Source: the human T2T-CHM13v2.0 reference genome, Homo sapiens
NCBI RefSeq assembly: GCF_009914755.1
Contig: NC_060925.1
Reading direction: 5' to 3' (one strand)
DNA: 64,000 nt
Position 1 is the first letter of the stretch, and every line of letters begins with the position of its first letter. This document shows positions 15,560-33,392 of the stretch, piece after piece. Below the pieces are notes generated by a model. That model had not been told where the DNA came from, made no database searches, and saw nothing but the letters and a program-made list of their open reading frames with translations. The position numbers were made by a program, and so were the translations under genes.

Positions 15560-15776
15560 GAATAATAACTATAAGAGGCGGGTATATTTGGCATATTTCC
15601 CAAATTGTCTTTGCACTTTTAGCCAGTTACGTTTTTGTTTTCCCTTGAATTTTCCCTTAGGGGCCGGCCCCCTGTTGGGTTTTACAGTCATGCAGTATCT
15701 TCTTGTAGGAGTACAGACACAATAACCCAGATGACAGTTGGTAAAAGTAACTAAGAGAAAGGAAACTGGCCACCTC

Positions 15777-15812
15777 GGGTAACTGAGGGTCAGTGTTGAC
15801 CTCAGTAGGTCA
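15777..15812. promoter_or_regulatory. Candidate compound nuclear-receptor response element (DR4 + IR4 + ER4)
   Basis: GGGTAA ctga GGGTCA gtgt TGACCT cagt AGGTCA: four RGGTCA-type half-sites with 4-nt spacers, outside any recognisable repeat; function inferred only. Confidence 0.45.
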
Positions 15813-16067
15813 ATGTCTAGTTCTCCCTGCTTACTCTTTTCCTCCTTTGAAAAAAAAATGAATGTTGGAGAGAGGGTGAGCAGAGGAACTGTTGGGGTAC
15901 TCTTTTTCCAGTTCTTTTGGATGGAGCAAATGCCATTTTCTTTCTGTCACTCCCTTTATCCTCACCCTCAGCCTTTTTTGTGGCTTCTTTTATTTTCCCT
16001 CTTGCCTTTTATAGGAGAATTGGGCCTCAGATATATGATCAGTACATGATATTCCCGGGATAGTTTT

Positions 16068-16383
<316 letters not shown>

Positions 16384-17319
16384 TCCTGGGATAGTTTTAT
16401 ATTTCCTTCTTCTTTGTATATTTTTAAGATAAAGATGAAGCAAATTAAAATCCAGGTATATTTTAATATCACATATAACCTAAAGGTAGTTATGGATATT
16501 AAATAACTCATTGCCACTCCTTTCCTATACATTTGCAGTTTGGCAAGCTTCTTTGTCACTTGAAGTAAAAAACTAATATTCTCTTTTGTCTTTAAGAATG
16601 CAGCGGAATACTTGCAAAAAAATACATCAATCTTTTAAAAGACACATAGTAAAATATAAATTCAGTCCAATGAAGAAGAGGACTAGTTTAGATTAGAAAA
16701 TCATCTGAAGTGAAGAATGGTTTAGAATTATACCATCCTAGCAATGCCTAGGGTGGTGTTCATGTTTCTTTTTCAAAATTGTATCCCTAGTACAAAGCAT
16801 CTATTATGTGCAACTGGCACATTTTAAATACTTGGTAAAAAGCTATTGAATGAATCAATGAATCTTAGAAGCTTTTGGTTTACTTCTTAATTTTAGAGAT
16901 GAAGAAACTTAATCTAGAGACTGAATGGCTTAGGCAGAAGCAGAGCCCAACTGACCCTTGATGGTCATTGAACATTTACTACATTTTTAAAAGAAATCAT
17001 TTTTATTGTTTTCAAGATATGTAATAATTGGAACTAAGCCAAACATATATAATAATGAGATTTTTAGACATGCTGCTTCAATGAATTGACCATTATAGTT
17101 GTGATTAGCATATTCTTTGTCTGTACATAGGTAATTATAATGTTCTTGTGGAGGTACTTAAGTGGCTTGCTTTCTTGAGTTGTTAAAATATTTTTTCTTT
17201 TAATATTGTTCATGTGGTTAATTTGTTAGGAAACCCTTTGTGCAAGGTACACAAAGGTTCTTTTAGTAAACTCCCCTCGCTGGGCTGTCATAAAGTCTGC
17301 ATTTGTTAAACAGTATATT

Positions 17320-17480
17320 ATCATTGACTTCAGTGTGGAGGGACTTTAGAGAGTACCTAGTGCAAGCAATTTATTGTTTAGAGGAGGAAATGGACCTCCA
17401 GTTAACTAACTTGTCAATGTCACATCAATAGTTAGTGGCAAAGCTAGAAATAGAGCCTGGGTTTTATGGTTCTCTGTCAG
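17320..17480 (-). mobile_element. MIR fragment
   Basis: gaggaaatgga...taacttgtcaatgtcaca...gttagtggcaaagctaga. Confidence 0.65.
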
Positions 17481-17842
17481 GTGTATCTTTGTTGTAAATA
17501 ATTGACTTCTAACTGCCATATATGTCAATGTCTTGGTATAGATTTATATAGGCAATGATCTATATTAAAATTTAGGGCTTTGAGGGGCAGCCTTAAGTAT
17601 AAAATTGGTTAAACTAAGCTTTTCTCTACTCCCTAATGCTTAGGCCAGTTGGTTGTTGCAGAAGGAGTTAGTGAGAGGGAGTTTTAAAGAGAAAGGGGAA
17701 TTTTAGCAGTGTCAGGTTTGGAGCAAACACTTGGAAAGGGTCTGAACCTCTATCAAGAGGAGGGCGAATGATTAGGAGGATACTAAATTATGTTATGTCT
17801 ATACTGTGTAATTTTTTGCAGGTATTAAGAAAAGACTAGATT

Positions 17843-17971
17843 AGCCAGGCACGGTAGTGTTTGACTATAGTCGCAGCTACTTGGGAGGCTGAGGCAGGAG
17901 AATTGTTTGAGCCCAGGAGTTCGAGTCCAGCCTGGGCAACATAGCGAGACCCTCATCTCTTAAAAAAAAAA
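17843..17971 (+). mobile_element. FLAM_A-like monomer
   Basis: Monomer ...ggagttcgagtccagcctgggcaacatagcgagacc plus A tail; TSD aaaagact. Confidence 0.8.
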
Positions 17972-19748
17972 GACTCAAGTAGCTCTGTATTTACTGATTG
18001 AAGGCATAGTGATGACAGAAGTGAAAAAGGCAAGTTGCAGAGTAATATGTGTTATCCAATGAAAAAAATGAAACAAAACTCTACATATATATATGTGTGT
18101 GTATATATGTTTATATATGTATATGTTTATAGATATAATATTTGTATATATTTGAGTGAGCCTGGAGAAATAACCAGGCTAATAACATTCATTATATCAT
18201 GAAGTGTTTGGGAGCGGAATTATTCATTATATCATTGAAGAATTTGGGAGAGGAATTATTAACTTTTTCTTCATTTATTGTTGTATTATTTAATTTGTTA
18301 CATGAAGCATCTATTTTGTTATTAGAGAGATCTAATAAATCCATTTATAGCTTTTTGTATTAATGACTTTTTAAAATGAACTTACAACAGTGATGTCAGT
18401 TAGCAGAATTTCCCACAGAAGAAAAATACAGATGATCTGACTGTGAATTGACTCTACTCTGGTATTTCTAATATACTGAAATTCTTCAATAATAACATAT
18501 GTACAGAAAGGAGCATATTGAAGCTAATGTTTAGAGGTGCTTTCCCTAAGATCAAACTTTTCAATCGCCTATATTCTTGATTCACATAATGTTAAAAATT
18601 TCATTTATTTTAGAAATCTTTTAAATGATTCATATGTATATTTTTTCAACTATATCATATTTGGCAGCAAGCTAATTAAAGTTAACATATTCACCAGTTA
18701 AAGATGAATATTGTTTCCATGCAAAAACAAAGTTAAGAAATTCTCATAATGCCTTTGATTTAGTTAAGACTTAAACCTTCCTTTTGCCAAGAAATGAATT
18801 GCTTAGTGTAATTACAATTTTTATTTAAAAGAGGAAAAAATAAACTCCTGCATTTTGTGAAGTTTTAAGGCTCTTGAGCCTTCAATAACCCCAAATAAGT
18901 GTAAATGCTCCTGTAATTTTCCAACATTAGGGATGTCCATGGTCTTAAGAGGCTATTTGTTTGTTTTAGATCACAGGTACTAATAAAAGAAAAATATTTT
19001 TGGATGTAAATATTTACTAGAAGCCTGTTAGTCATAGATTTCACATAGCACTAACAAAGTTGTTCTTTATGTAAAATTTAAATAGCAGTCATTTAAAAAA
19101 CTGTGAGAAAAATACCAGTAACAATTTGAGTGTATTTGGAATGGAGAAAACAAAATACCAGCCCTTTTCTCAATTTAGGTGTGTGTGTTATAGTCAACTG
19201 CTCTTGTTATAAGTTTCTATTTTTTTCATTATGGCACCACCAAATTAATATCTTTAGTTTGTAACCAAGACTTGATTCAAGCACTGCATTTTAACAAGGG
19301 AATTCTTTCACTCTGAGGAGCTAGCAAAGCTTGGAGAAATCATGAGCATCTGATCTAAAAACTGGTGATAACTTTAAGGATTAGTTGATACAGGCTACAA
19401 AAGAAGAAAATAAATTGTAGATAGTAAGATAATTATAAAGAAAAATAGAGGGATTTTATTTTCTTAATCTTTTCTAGCTTTTTAAATGAGACTGTTAAAG
19501 AATTCATGAAGAATTCTTACCACCTCTTTTTTTTAATATTATTATTATACTTTAAGTTTTAGGGTACATGTGCACAACGTGCAGGTTTGTTACATATGTA
19601 TACATGTGACGTGTTGGTGTGCTGCACCCATTAACTCGTCATTTAGCATTAGGTATATCTCCTAATGCTATCCCTCCCCTCTCCCCCCACCCCACAACAG
19701 TCCCCAGTGTGTGATGTTCCCCTTCCTGTGTCCATGTGTTCTCATTGT

Positions 19749-23556
<3,808 letters not shown>

Positions 23557-23619
23557 TATGATGTTAGCTGGTTATTTTGCTCATTAGTTGATGCAGTTTC
23601 TTCCTAGCCTTGATGGTCT

Positions 23620-24621
23620 TTACAATTTGGCATGTTTTTGCAGTGGCTGGTACCGGTTGTTCCTTTCCATGTTTAGTGCTTCCTTCAGGAGCTCTTTTAG
23701 GGCAGGCCTGGTGGTGACAAAATCTCTCAGCATTTGCTTGTCTGTAAAGGATTTTATTTCTCCTTCACTTATGAAACTTAGTTTGGCTGGATATGAAATT
23801 CTGGGTTGAAAATTCTTTTCTTTAAGAATGTTGAATATTGGCCCCAGACTCTCTTTTGGCTTGTAGAGTTTCTGCCAAGAGATCAGCTGTTAGTCTGATG
23901 GGCTTCCCTTTGTGGGTAACCTGACCTTTCTCTCTGGCTGCCCTTAACATTTTTTCCTTCATTTCAACTTTGGTGAATCTGACAATTATGTGTCTTGGAG
24001 TTGCTCTTCTCGAGGAGTATCTTTGTGGCGTTCTCTGTATTTCCTGAATTTGAATGTTGGCCTGCCTTGCTAGATTGAGGAAGTTCTCCTGGATAATATC
24101 CTGCAGAGTGTTTTCCAACTTGGTTCCATTCTCCCCATCGTAGATTTGGTCTTTTGACATAGTCCCATATTTCTTGGAGGCTTTGTTCATTTCTTTTTAT
24201 TCTTTATTCTTTTTTCTCTAAACTTCTCTTCACACTTCGTTTCATTCATTTCGTCTTCCATCACTGATACCCTTTTTTCCAGTTGATTGCATCGGTTACT
24301 GAGGCTTGTGCATTCGTCATGTAGTTCTCGTGCCTTGGTTTTCAGCTCCATCAGGTCCTTTAAGGACTTCTCTGCATTGGTTATTCTAGTTATCCATTCG
24401 TCTAATTTTTTTTCAAAGTTTTTAACTTCTTTGCCATTGGTTCGAACTTCCTCCTTTAGCTCAGAGTAGTTTGATCTTCTGAAGCCTTCCTCTCTCAACT
24501 CGTCAAAGTCATTCTCCGTCCAGCTTTGTTCCGTTGCTGGTGAGGAGCTGCGTTCCTTTGGAGGAGGAGAGGCGCTCTGATTTTTAGAGTTTCCTGTTTT
24601 TCTCCTCTGTTTTTTCCCCAT
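23620..24621 (-). pseudogene. Disrupted L1 ORF1p
   Basis: MGKKQRRKTGNSKNQSASPPPKERSSSP start and RATPRHIIVRFTKVEMKEK; frameshifts and an internal deletion near 24140. Confidence 0.95.
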
Positions 24622-24795
24622 CTTTGTGGTTTTATCTATCTTTGGTCTTTGATGATGGTGACATACACATGGGTTTTTGGTGTTCTTACCACCTCTTAAT
24701 ACCTACTATTATTACAACTCTTAGTGAAAATTAGATAGTTATCAGGTCAAAGGAAACTATTAGTTTACCATTGTAAACGAATTGGTAAACCATTA

Positions 24796-25089
<294 letters not shown>

Positions 25090-25096
25090 CTATTCA

Positions 25097-25604
<508 letters not shown>

Positions 25605-26099
25605 GAAAATAGCATCAGAAAACACTTATTAGATGCCTGTTATGAATTAACATTAAATGAGTTTTAACTCTTGCCACTATTGTATTTTAAGATATGTACC
25701 TGACTCTAAAATTTTCCTGAAAAAAAAAAAAGAAATGTACAAACAGCCAGGGAAATTCTGAAAAGGAGAGTTGCTGAGGGAAACTTGATCTATCAGAGGA
25801 CAAAATGAGGGTAATAACAGTATCTGCCTCTTATGGTTGTCATGAGGTTTAAAAGGTATTATTTAGTTAAAATTTTTAGGACATCTGCCACAGACAAATG
25901 TTTAATAAATTTTTAACTGCTAATCTTACTTCCCTGATTTGGATATTCATTTTATTTCATAAACATTAATTGTGTGTGGTGAGGTATGGCTGTGGTCAGT
26001 CATGGTGGAGGAAAAGGAAAGTAAGATTCAGCTTCTGGAGTATATACTGTGATATCCCTTAAATCTTCAATAAAGATAAATATAAATGAAGCAGAGTAG

Positions 26100-26720
26100 C
26101 AACACTTTGGTGAACAGTTTTGCATTTTCTATGCACATATCCTTCTTCCCAGACATTTCACTTCTTAGTGAAATACAGGGGAGTCATTCCTACATATGTA
26201 CAAGGAGACAAAATGGTTCACTGCAGCACTGTCTATAATTTTAAAATATCAAGACTAAATGCCCATCGAAAAAGAAGAGGTAAATAAATTTTAATGTCTT
26301 TATACTGTGGAGTAAAATTGGGCAGTTCAGAAGAACAAAGTAGAGCTGTGTATGAATATAAATTTCAAAAGCAGCATTGAGCAGAAGAGTTGCAGAATTA
26401 TAGATATCATCTAATACTATTTGTACAAAGTTGGAAGACATACAAAAGAATACATGCATTGTTTATGAATACACAGGTAGTAATAGTGTAAGACATTCAT
26501 GGGATGAAAACTACAAATTTGGGATAATGATAACCTCTTTAGAAGAAAGAAAGGGAGTAGGATTCCAGAACATTCCTTGGGGAAACTCCATTGTACTTGT
26601 AATGTTTTATTTAAAGAGAAAAAAAAGCAAATAAGACAAAATGTTAAGATTTTATAAATCTGAAAGACTACATGGTTATTCATATTAGTCTCTTTATCTT
26701 ATGTTTGAAATATTGCACGC
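26100..26720 (+). mobile_element. Ancient L1 (L1ME-type) 3' fragment
   Basis: ttcactgcagcactgtctataat...ctaaatgcccatc degenerate ORF2-end motifs. Confidence 0.55.
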
Positions 26721-26769
26721 AAATTAAGATGAATATATGAACATGTTGTGAAAACAGCAAAGAGAGAGA

Positions 26770-26940
26770 AAGAACCAGGCCTCTGGAGTCAGAGGAGCAT
26801 GGATTTGTTCTGTCTCTGCTTCTTCGTGATTCTGGCTTTGGGAGAGCTGCTTTACCTCTCTGAGCTTATTACCTCATCTATAAAATGGGGATAATAATGT
26901 CTTCATCCCAGTTTGTTGTGAGGAATAAACAGCTTATCCA
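26770..26940 (+). mobile_element. MIR
   Basis: tctggagtcaga...ctctctgagc...ctcatctataaaatggggataataat. Confidence 0.8.
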
Positions 26941-26949
26941 AAATGCCTT

Positions 26950-27310
26950 TGTGTTAGTCTGTTTTCACACTGCTGATAAAGATATACCCGAGAGTGGGAA
27001 GAAAAATAGGTTTAATGGATTTACAGTTCTCCATGGCTGGGGAGGCTTACAATCATGGCGGAAGGCAAAGAGGAGCAACTCACCTCTTACGTGGATGGCG
27101 GCAGGCAAAGAGAGAGAGATTGTGCGGGAGAACTCCTATTTATAAAACCATCAGATCTCATGAGACTTATTCACTATCACAAGAACAGTATGGAGGAAAA
27201 TACCCCCATGATTCTATTATCTCCTACAGGGTCCCTCCCACACACTTGGAAATTATGGGAGTACAATTCAAGATGAGATTTGGGTGGGGACACAGAGCCA
27301 AACCATATCA
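26950..27310 (-). mobile_element. THE1 (THE1B/C-like) MaLR solo LTR
   Basis: tgtgttagtctgttttcacactgctgataaaga ... ccaaaccatatca; exact 5-bp TSD gcctt. Confidence 0.92.
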
Positions 27311-27319
27311 GCCTTTTCT

Positions 27320-27825
27320 AGTGTTTAGGATCCAAAAGTGCCAAGCACTGGGAATAAAATGTGAGCAACACGGGCATTGTCCTGCCTGTATATGACTGTA
27401 GAGTCTAGCAGGGCAGACAGATGATCAACTAATCACCCAAACAAATGTAAATTTTACCTATTATCAGTGTCTTGAAGGAGAAGTGCTGTGAATCCCTCTA
27501 ATAAAGGAGTTTGTGTTGGTTGGGAAGGTCTTGAAAGGCTCCTTGAGAAGAGCCTTGGGGCTGGTTTTTTAAGGAAAAGAGCAGGAACTCGGTGAAGAAG
27601 GGAGGGCAGGATGGTCCAACCCAAGAGAACAGCCCTGATATGTTGTAGGAAGGAGCACAGCCAATAGAAGCTGAAGAGAGGCCAGCGAAATGGAGCAGAG
27701 TTCCAGTGGGAGAGTGGTGTTGCCAGATAAGGCTGGAGAAGTAGGTATGAGTCAGATCCCACAGAATTCTGTAGTCCCCATTGGGTAATTTGGGGTATAT
27801 GGAAAGGACCATTGGAAGCCACTGA
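27320..27825 (-). mobile_element. L2 fragment
   Basis: Purine-rich antisense L2 3' region (gtgccaagcactggg...tcctgcct...gtctagcaggg). Confidence 0.6.
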
Positions 27826-29379
27826 CTATTATAGTAAGCTAAAGTTCCCTAAAATCAGTGTGAACAGAAGCAGTGCTTCAAGGACTGTTTGGAAACAGCT
27901 TTAAACAATGAGGCATTGTTACGGAGTCCTTGAAAATGATCTGGTGAACTAGTGCAGAGCAATTAGAGCTAGTACTGATAGCTTTTCAAAAGAAGATGAG
28001 AGTGAAGACGCAGAAACCAGTGCTGGTCACCCATTGATTCTTTTTTGCCAATAACTGTTCACCCTAATGATTCTTTTAAAAATATGAGATCTTGTTGTAG
28101 TACAGATTCTAAGTTTATATGGTTATACACAAAGTTAAAGCCTAAAATGGTAAATGAAAGTGAACTTAGTAATATTGGTTGTACATACTGGAATCTATTT
28201 AGAATACTATTAAATTCCTTTTTTAACAGTATACCCCCCAATTGAAGTGCTTAAGATGTTAATGTTTTAAGTGTTTTTGTATATTGATGAATTAAATACT
28301 TGTTGAGGGTTTATTATCTCCAAGGCCCCATGTTCTGTATATGGTAAGATCTCCAGGGAGGAGGTCTGCTCAGGGATTAGCTTTAAGGTGAATCATAAAA
28401 TATTCTCAATATAGGTGCCTGTGTGAAAGATAGGCAATAACAATCAACTACAACACTTTATGGATAAAGCATTTTTGCAAACCTAAAGTATTGTAGAAAT
28501 ATAACATGTCTATAGGTTTTGTAAGTTTACTTTTGAGAGCAGCACCTTCAAATATTCATTTTAATTCTTAAAAAGATCTTTAAGGGAGCTTAAAAAGATC
28601 TTTAAGGGAAATTAATTAAAAATTAATTTCAGTAAACCTGAGGTCTGCTCTCTAGCAATAACAATTTTATGTGTAAGGAGATTAAGTATAAATACTTGCT
28701 TTTGGAGGTATAAATAAAGGAAGCATTTTAATTAATGCATGTTTATTTGGCAGCTTGGTTCTTTGTCTGGTTCTTCGTTTCTTCTTTGGAGCAGTTAGAG
28801 AGTCTGTCCTATAATACGTTAGGGGCTTTCACAGTTTTACCTTATACTGAAACTGGCCCTCTTAGGACTTTTGAAGACTATTAGTTTTTAAATTGTGCTT
28901 GTTAGTGTAACATTTGTTTTAAAAACAAGGTTATTTAATATCTTAAGTGACAGTCCATTCTCTGGCAATGAGACACCTGGCTTAGCTCTGTGTGAAATAT
29001 TTTTACTTTTCCATTTCCTTTGCCACAGAAAATATATTGAGGTTCTTTAAAGCTAAACAATATGGTATACCTATTTATCACTCTTGGGAATGTTTAGCAT
29101 TGGCTGTTAAAAATGAGGAGTACTGTGGTGTGAAGGAGGTGGTAATGAGGAAATGAATGAAATATGTCCTGTTTGTTTTTTTAGTAACTTCATGTGATGT
29201 TATGTGATGTCATGAAGAATGGCAAAGATATTTTGGAAATTATATAAAGAATATTCATATATCATAGAATTTTCTATTTGAATAAAATGTGATTGTGTAC
29301 ATTTCTGTAGGTTATGAAGAATATCTTTTAATCTTTGTCACTTTTAAGACAAAACATAAATAAAAAAGATGTAAGGCAA

Positions 29380-30170
29380 GTTAGTAATACTGTAGGTGGG
29401 TGAAGAAAGATAAAGTTAATATATGTAAATATCAATTGTTAAAAACACAGATTGACAAGAAAAAGACCAAAGTCTTAATGGGCAAAAAGGCAATTCACTC
29501 AACAAGACATACATTACTACATTAAAAAGAATTTAATTTCTCTACTAATCAAAGAAATGTAAGTTTAAAATAAAATACTGTTAAGATTAACAAAATACAT
29601 TTTAACACTATATTGTTGAAAATTTGTTGAAATGAGCATTCATACATTGCCTGTGGAATATAGAGGAGCATAACATTAAAGAAAAAACTTTATGTTTGAA
29701 AACTCCACTTTGACGACTCTTGAGGAAATAACAAGTATGCAAAAAAAAAAGTCTTGCATCAAAGGTATTACCATTCATGATAATCCATGACTGAAATACC
29801 TTTTTATAATAACAAAAATCAGAAGCAATCAAAATGTTTAATCGTAGGGGGAATGTTTACATAAATTATGAGATATCTGTACCCATTACAATTTACACTT
29901 ATGGAGGTTAAATTAACTTGAGAAAGTGATTGTTATGATATTAGTGGAGAAAAAGCAGGATGTACAATCTCAGTTATATTTTAAAAAGAGAAATAGACAT
30001 GGGCATATAAAAAAGATTGGAAATATATACATCAAGATGTTAAGAGGGTATTTTGGGCATTGAGATCATGGGTGATTGTTATTTCATTGTTCGTGCTTTT
30101 CTATGTGGTCTAATTTTTCTTCAGTTTGCATGTACTACTTTTGTAATCAGAAAGTACGTGAATGTTATAT
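29380..30170 (+). mobile_element. Ancient L1 (L1ME-type) fragment
   Basis: tctactaatcaaagaaatgtaa, cattcatacattgc and aaattatgagatatc degenerate ORF2-end/3'UTR motifs. Confidence 0.55.
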
Positions 30171-30522
30171 AAAATCACTTATAGAGCTGTGATCACACCT
30201 CTAAACTCCAGCCTGGATGACACATTGAGACCACCTCTCAAAAAATAAAATAATGACATAAAAATAAAATAAAATCCCTTCTACAATGACCTTTCAATGC
30301 TAGGGAATGCAGCCTGCACAGGCCTTTGCAGCAGATTTCTATTCATGGAAAGCTGTTTATCACAGGTAAAAATTTAGGTCTTTCAAAGAGTGGGCAACAT
30401 TTTCCTTTTTGAATGAATCACCTAAGAATAAAGATGGTTCTGGTGGAAAGAGTTGATTTCCTGTGTGGCGAGAGAAGACTACACGTAACTTGGTGGTTAG
30501 TCATCTTAAAATAAAATGTCTG

Positions 30523-30815
30523 GGCCAGACATGGTGAGTCATGCCTGTAATCCTAGTGCTTTGGGAGGCTGAGGCAGGAGGATTACTTGAGGCTAGGAGT
30601 TCAAGACCAGCCTGGGCAACATGGCAAAACCTTGTCTCTATAAAAAATATAAATATTAGCTGGGTGTGGTGGTGTGCACCTCTGGTCCTAGCTACTCTGG
30701 TGGCTGAGGCAGGAGGCTCACCTGAGCTCAGGGGTTCATGGCTGCAGTGAGCTGTGATTGCACCATTGTACTACAGGCTGAGCAACAGAACAAGACCCTG
30801 TCTCTAGAAAAACAA
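30523..30815 (+). mobile_element. AluJ
   Basis: Diverged dimer, ggaggattacttgagg. Confidence 0.9.
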
Positions 30816-30929
30816 AGGTCTGGAAGAGTTTTAGAAAAGTGTTATATATAGGAAAATTAATTTTTAATTTGTTTGACCTTGACAGGCCTACTATATATCT
30901 CTAAAGCAGAACTTGTCAATATCTTTTAG

Positions 30930-31240
<311 letters not shown>

Positions 31241-31346
31241 AGAGTTGTTGGTAAAGTAGCGCTTTAGTTGCTGACATTAATGGATTTTAAGGAAGTATTA
31301 ATAACAAGATGTTCAGATGGGGTGTTTTTGTTTTTTCCTCCTTCAG

Positions 31347-31364
31347 TTCTCTTTACATTGTGAG
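31347..31364 (+). other. Candidate 18-nt microexon
   Basis: tgtttttgttttttcctccttcag|TTCTCTTTACATTGTGAG|gtaaga: strong acceptor and donor motifs; no transcript evidence. Confidence 0.3.
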
Positions 31365-33081
31365 GTAAGAGCCATGCTTGCAGCTTTATAATGGATTCGT
31401 TGGCAAGGGCCTACTGGCATCAGGTAGAGTTTGAGATTGTAAAATTAGCAACATAATATTTTCAGTTGTTTCAGTTGCTTGTAGATTTTTACGGGTCATT
31501 TTTGCCTTTAGTTCTGGTTTAAAGGAAAAATATTGCCTTGACAATCTTTAATTCTAAATTTGGAAAGGACATAAAGATATTCTTATACTAAAAAGAATGG
31601 GCCAAAACAATTGTTAAGTACCTTCATATATATTTATGTATATGTCTGTGTGTGTTTGTGTATTTGACATGTACACATAACTTAATACCATTGCATTGAA
31701 TCGAAACATTTAAAAAAGGCAGTTAAGAAGACTGGACCAACAAAAGGGAAATTTTGAGGTGGAGAGGGGTATGGACTTTTAACAATTAAAATTTAGAAAA
31801 ATAGCAGATATTTTCTTTTCTATAGAATTGGAACTTTGACAAAGCTTTAAAGCAATATGCCATGAACATAATTACCTGATTTCAATATGAAATGGACATG
31901 GAGATGTCCTAGATTTTCTTAATTTATTTCATTATGGAGTGTTTACCATATGTATTCATGTTGTGAGATAATCAAGAATAAAATAATTTACACTACAAAG
32001 AACAATCATTTTATTTTTCAATGATTTTATCTCATTTTTTATCGTTCAGCCTCTCAAATTAATTCCTTCTTGAAGGTGTGAGAATTTTTCTTCACTACTA
32101 GAGGGTTATTCCAGTCATCTGCACTACAAAGGAGTGGTTTCTCATTCTATTTTAGTAACCTGGGAATGGCAAATATTTAGAGGAATTCTAATACAATGGC
32201 AGAAGGAGAAGGAAATTAAAGTTTGGTGGGTTCTTCTCTTCTCTGCGTTAGATTTAAAAGTATTTTTGTCTAGAAATATTACAAATTTGCAGGTTAATTT
32301 AAAGGGACATTTTTCTCTTTGTAACTTTATGAATAAATGGAGAAAAATATTCTCTGTATGTTTCCTTTGTTCCAGTTTTAAATTTTCCTTTATTATATGT
32401 TTTACTTTTAGGTCATTTCCCATTTTTCTGACTTGGTTTTGTATGGAATTTGACAGAACAAAGAAAGCATTTAATGATGGAGTTATATAAATTCTTTATC
32501 TTCTATGACAGGCTAAACTTACTGGAAATAAATGTTGATGACAATTAAGATTATATTAAATATCTGCAGAGTGTATTTGTATAAATGCTTAGAAATTAAT
32601 ATACACTGAAAAAATATTAAAAAGTATTAGAGAAGCTAAAAAAGAAATTTTTGCAAAAGAAAATTTTCGGAGAGAATCTTGAGATCTGTTACATGTAAAT
32701 TATGATTAGATCAACCTTTAGAATATATATAATCTCCATATAGTGAAGAAACTTATGAGATAGTACTAGTCATAAAAGAAATGCCAGTTCAAATAAGGTA
32801 GGAAAATAATTTCATGTGTTTTTAACTAACATTTTTTGTTTTTAAACATATTAAGGCTCAGATTTGTCTGGGTGTAGGATTTAGAGGGCAATTTGGTAAT
32901 ACAATTTAAGTATCATAAAAGTGTTCATACGCTTTAACACATTAATTCCAAGCATAAAAATTAATCCTAAAAAAAAATTTAGAAGCAGTAACAGTACCGC
33001 CACCACCACCAACAATGTACATATATACAAAGTTTTTATGGAAACATTTTTTTCAATGTCCACATTTTTCAAAATAAAGAT

Positions 33082-33392
<311 letters not shown>

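Noticed and set aside
15661-15740. Possible 80-nt exon (cccttag|GGGCCGG...GTTG|gtaaaa; one open frame GRPPVGFYSHAVSSCRSTDTITQMTV)
   Set aside because: Good acceptor but weak donor, and I do not recognise the peptide; unsupported without transcript data.
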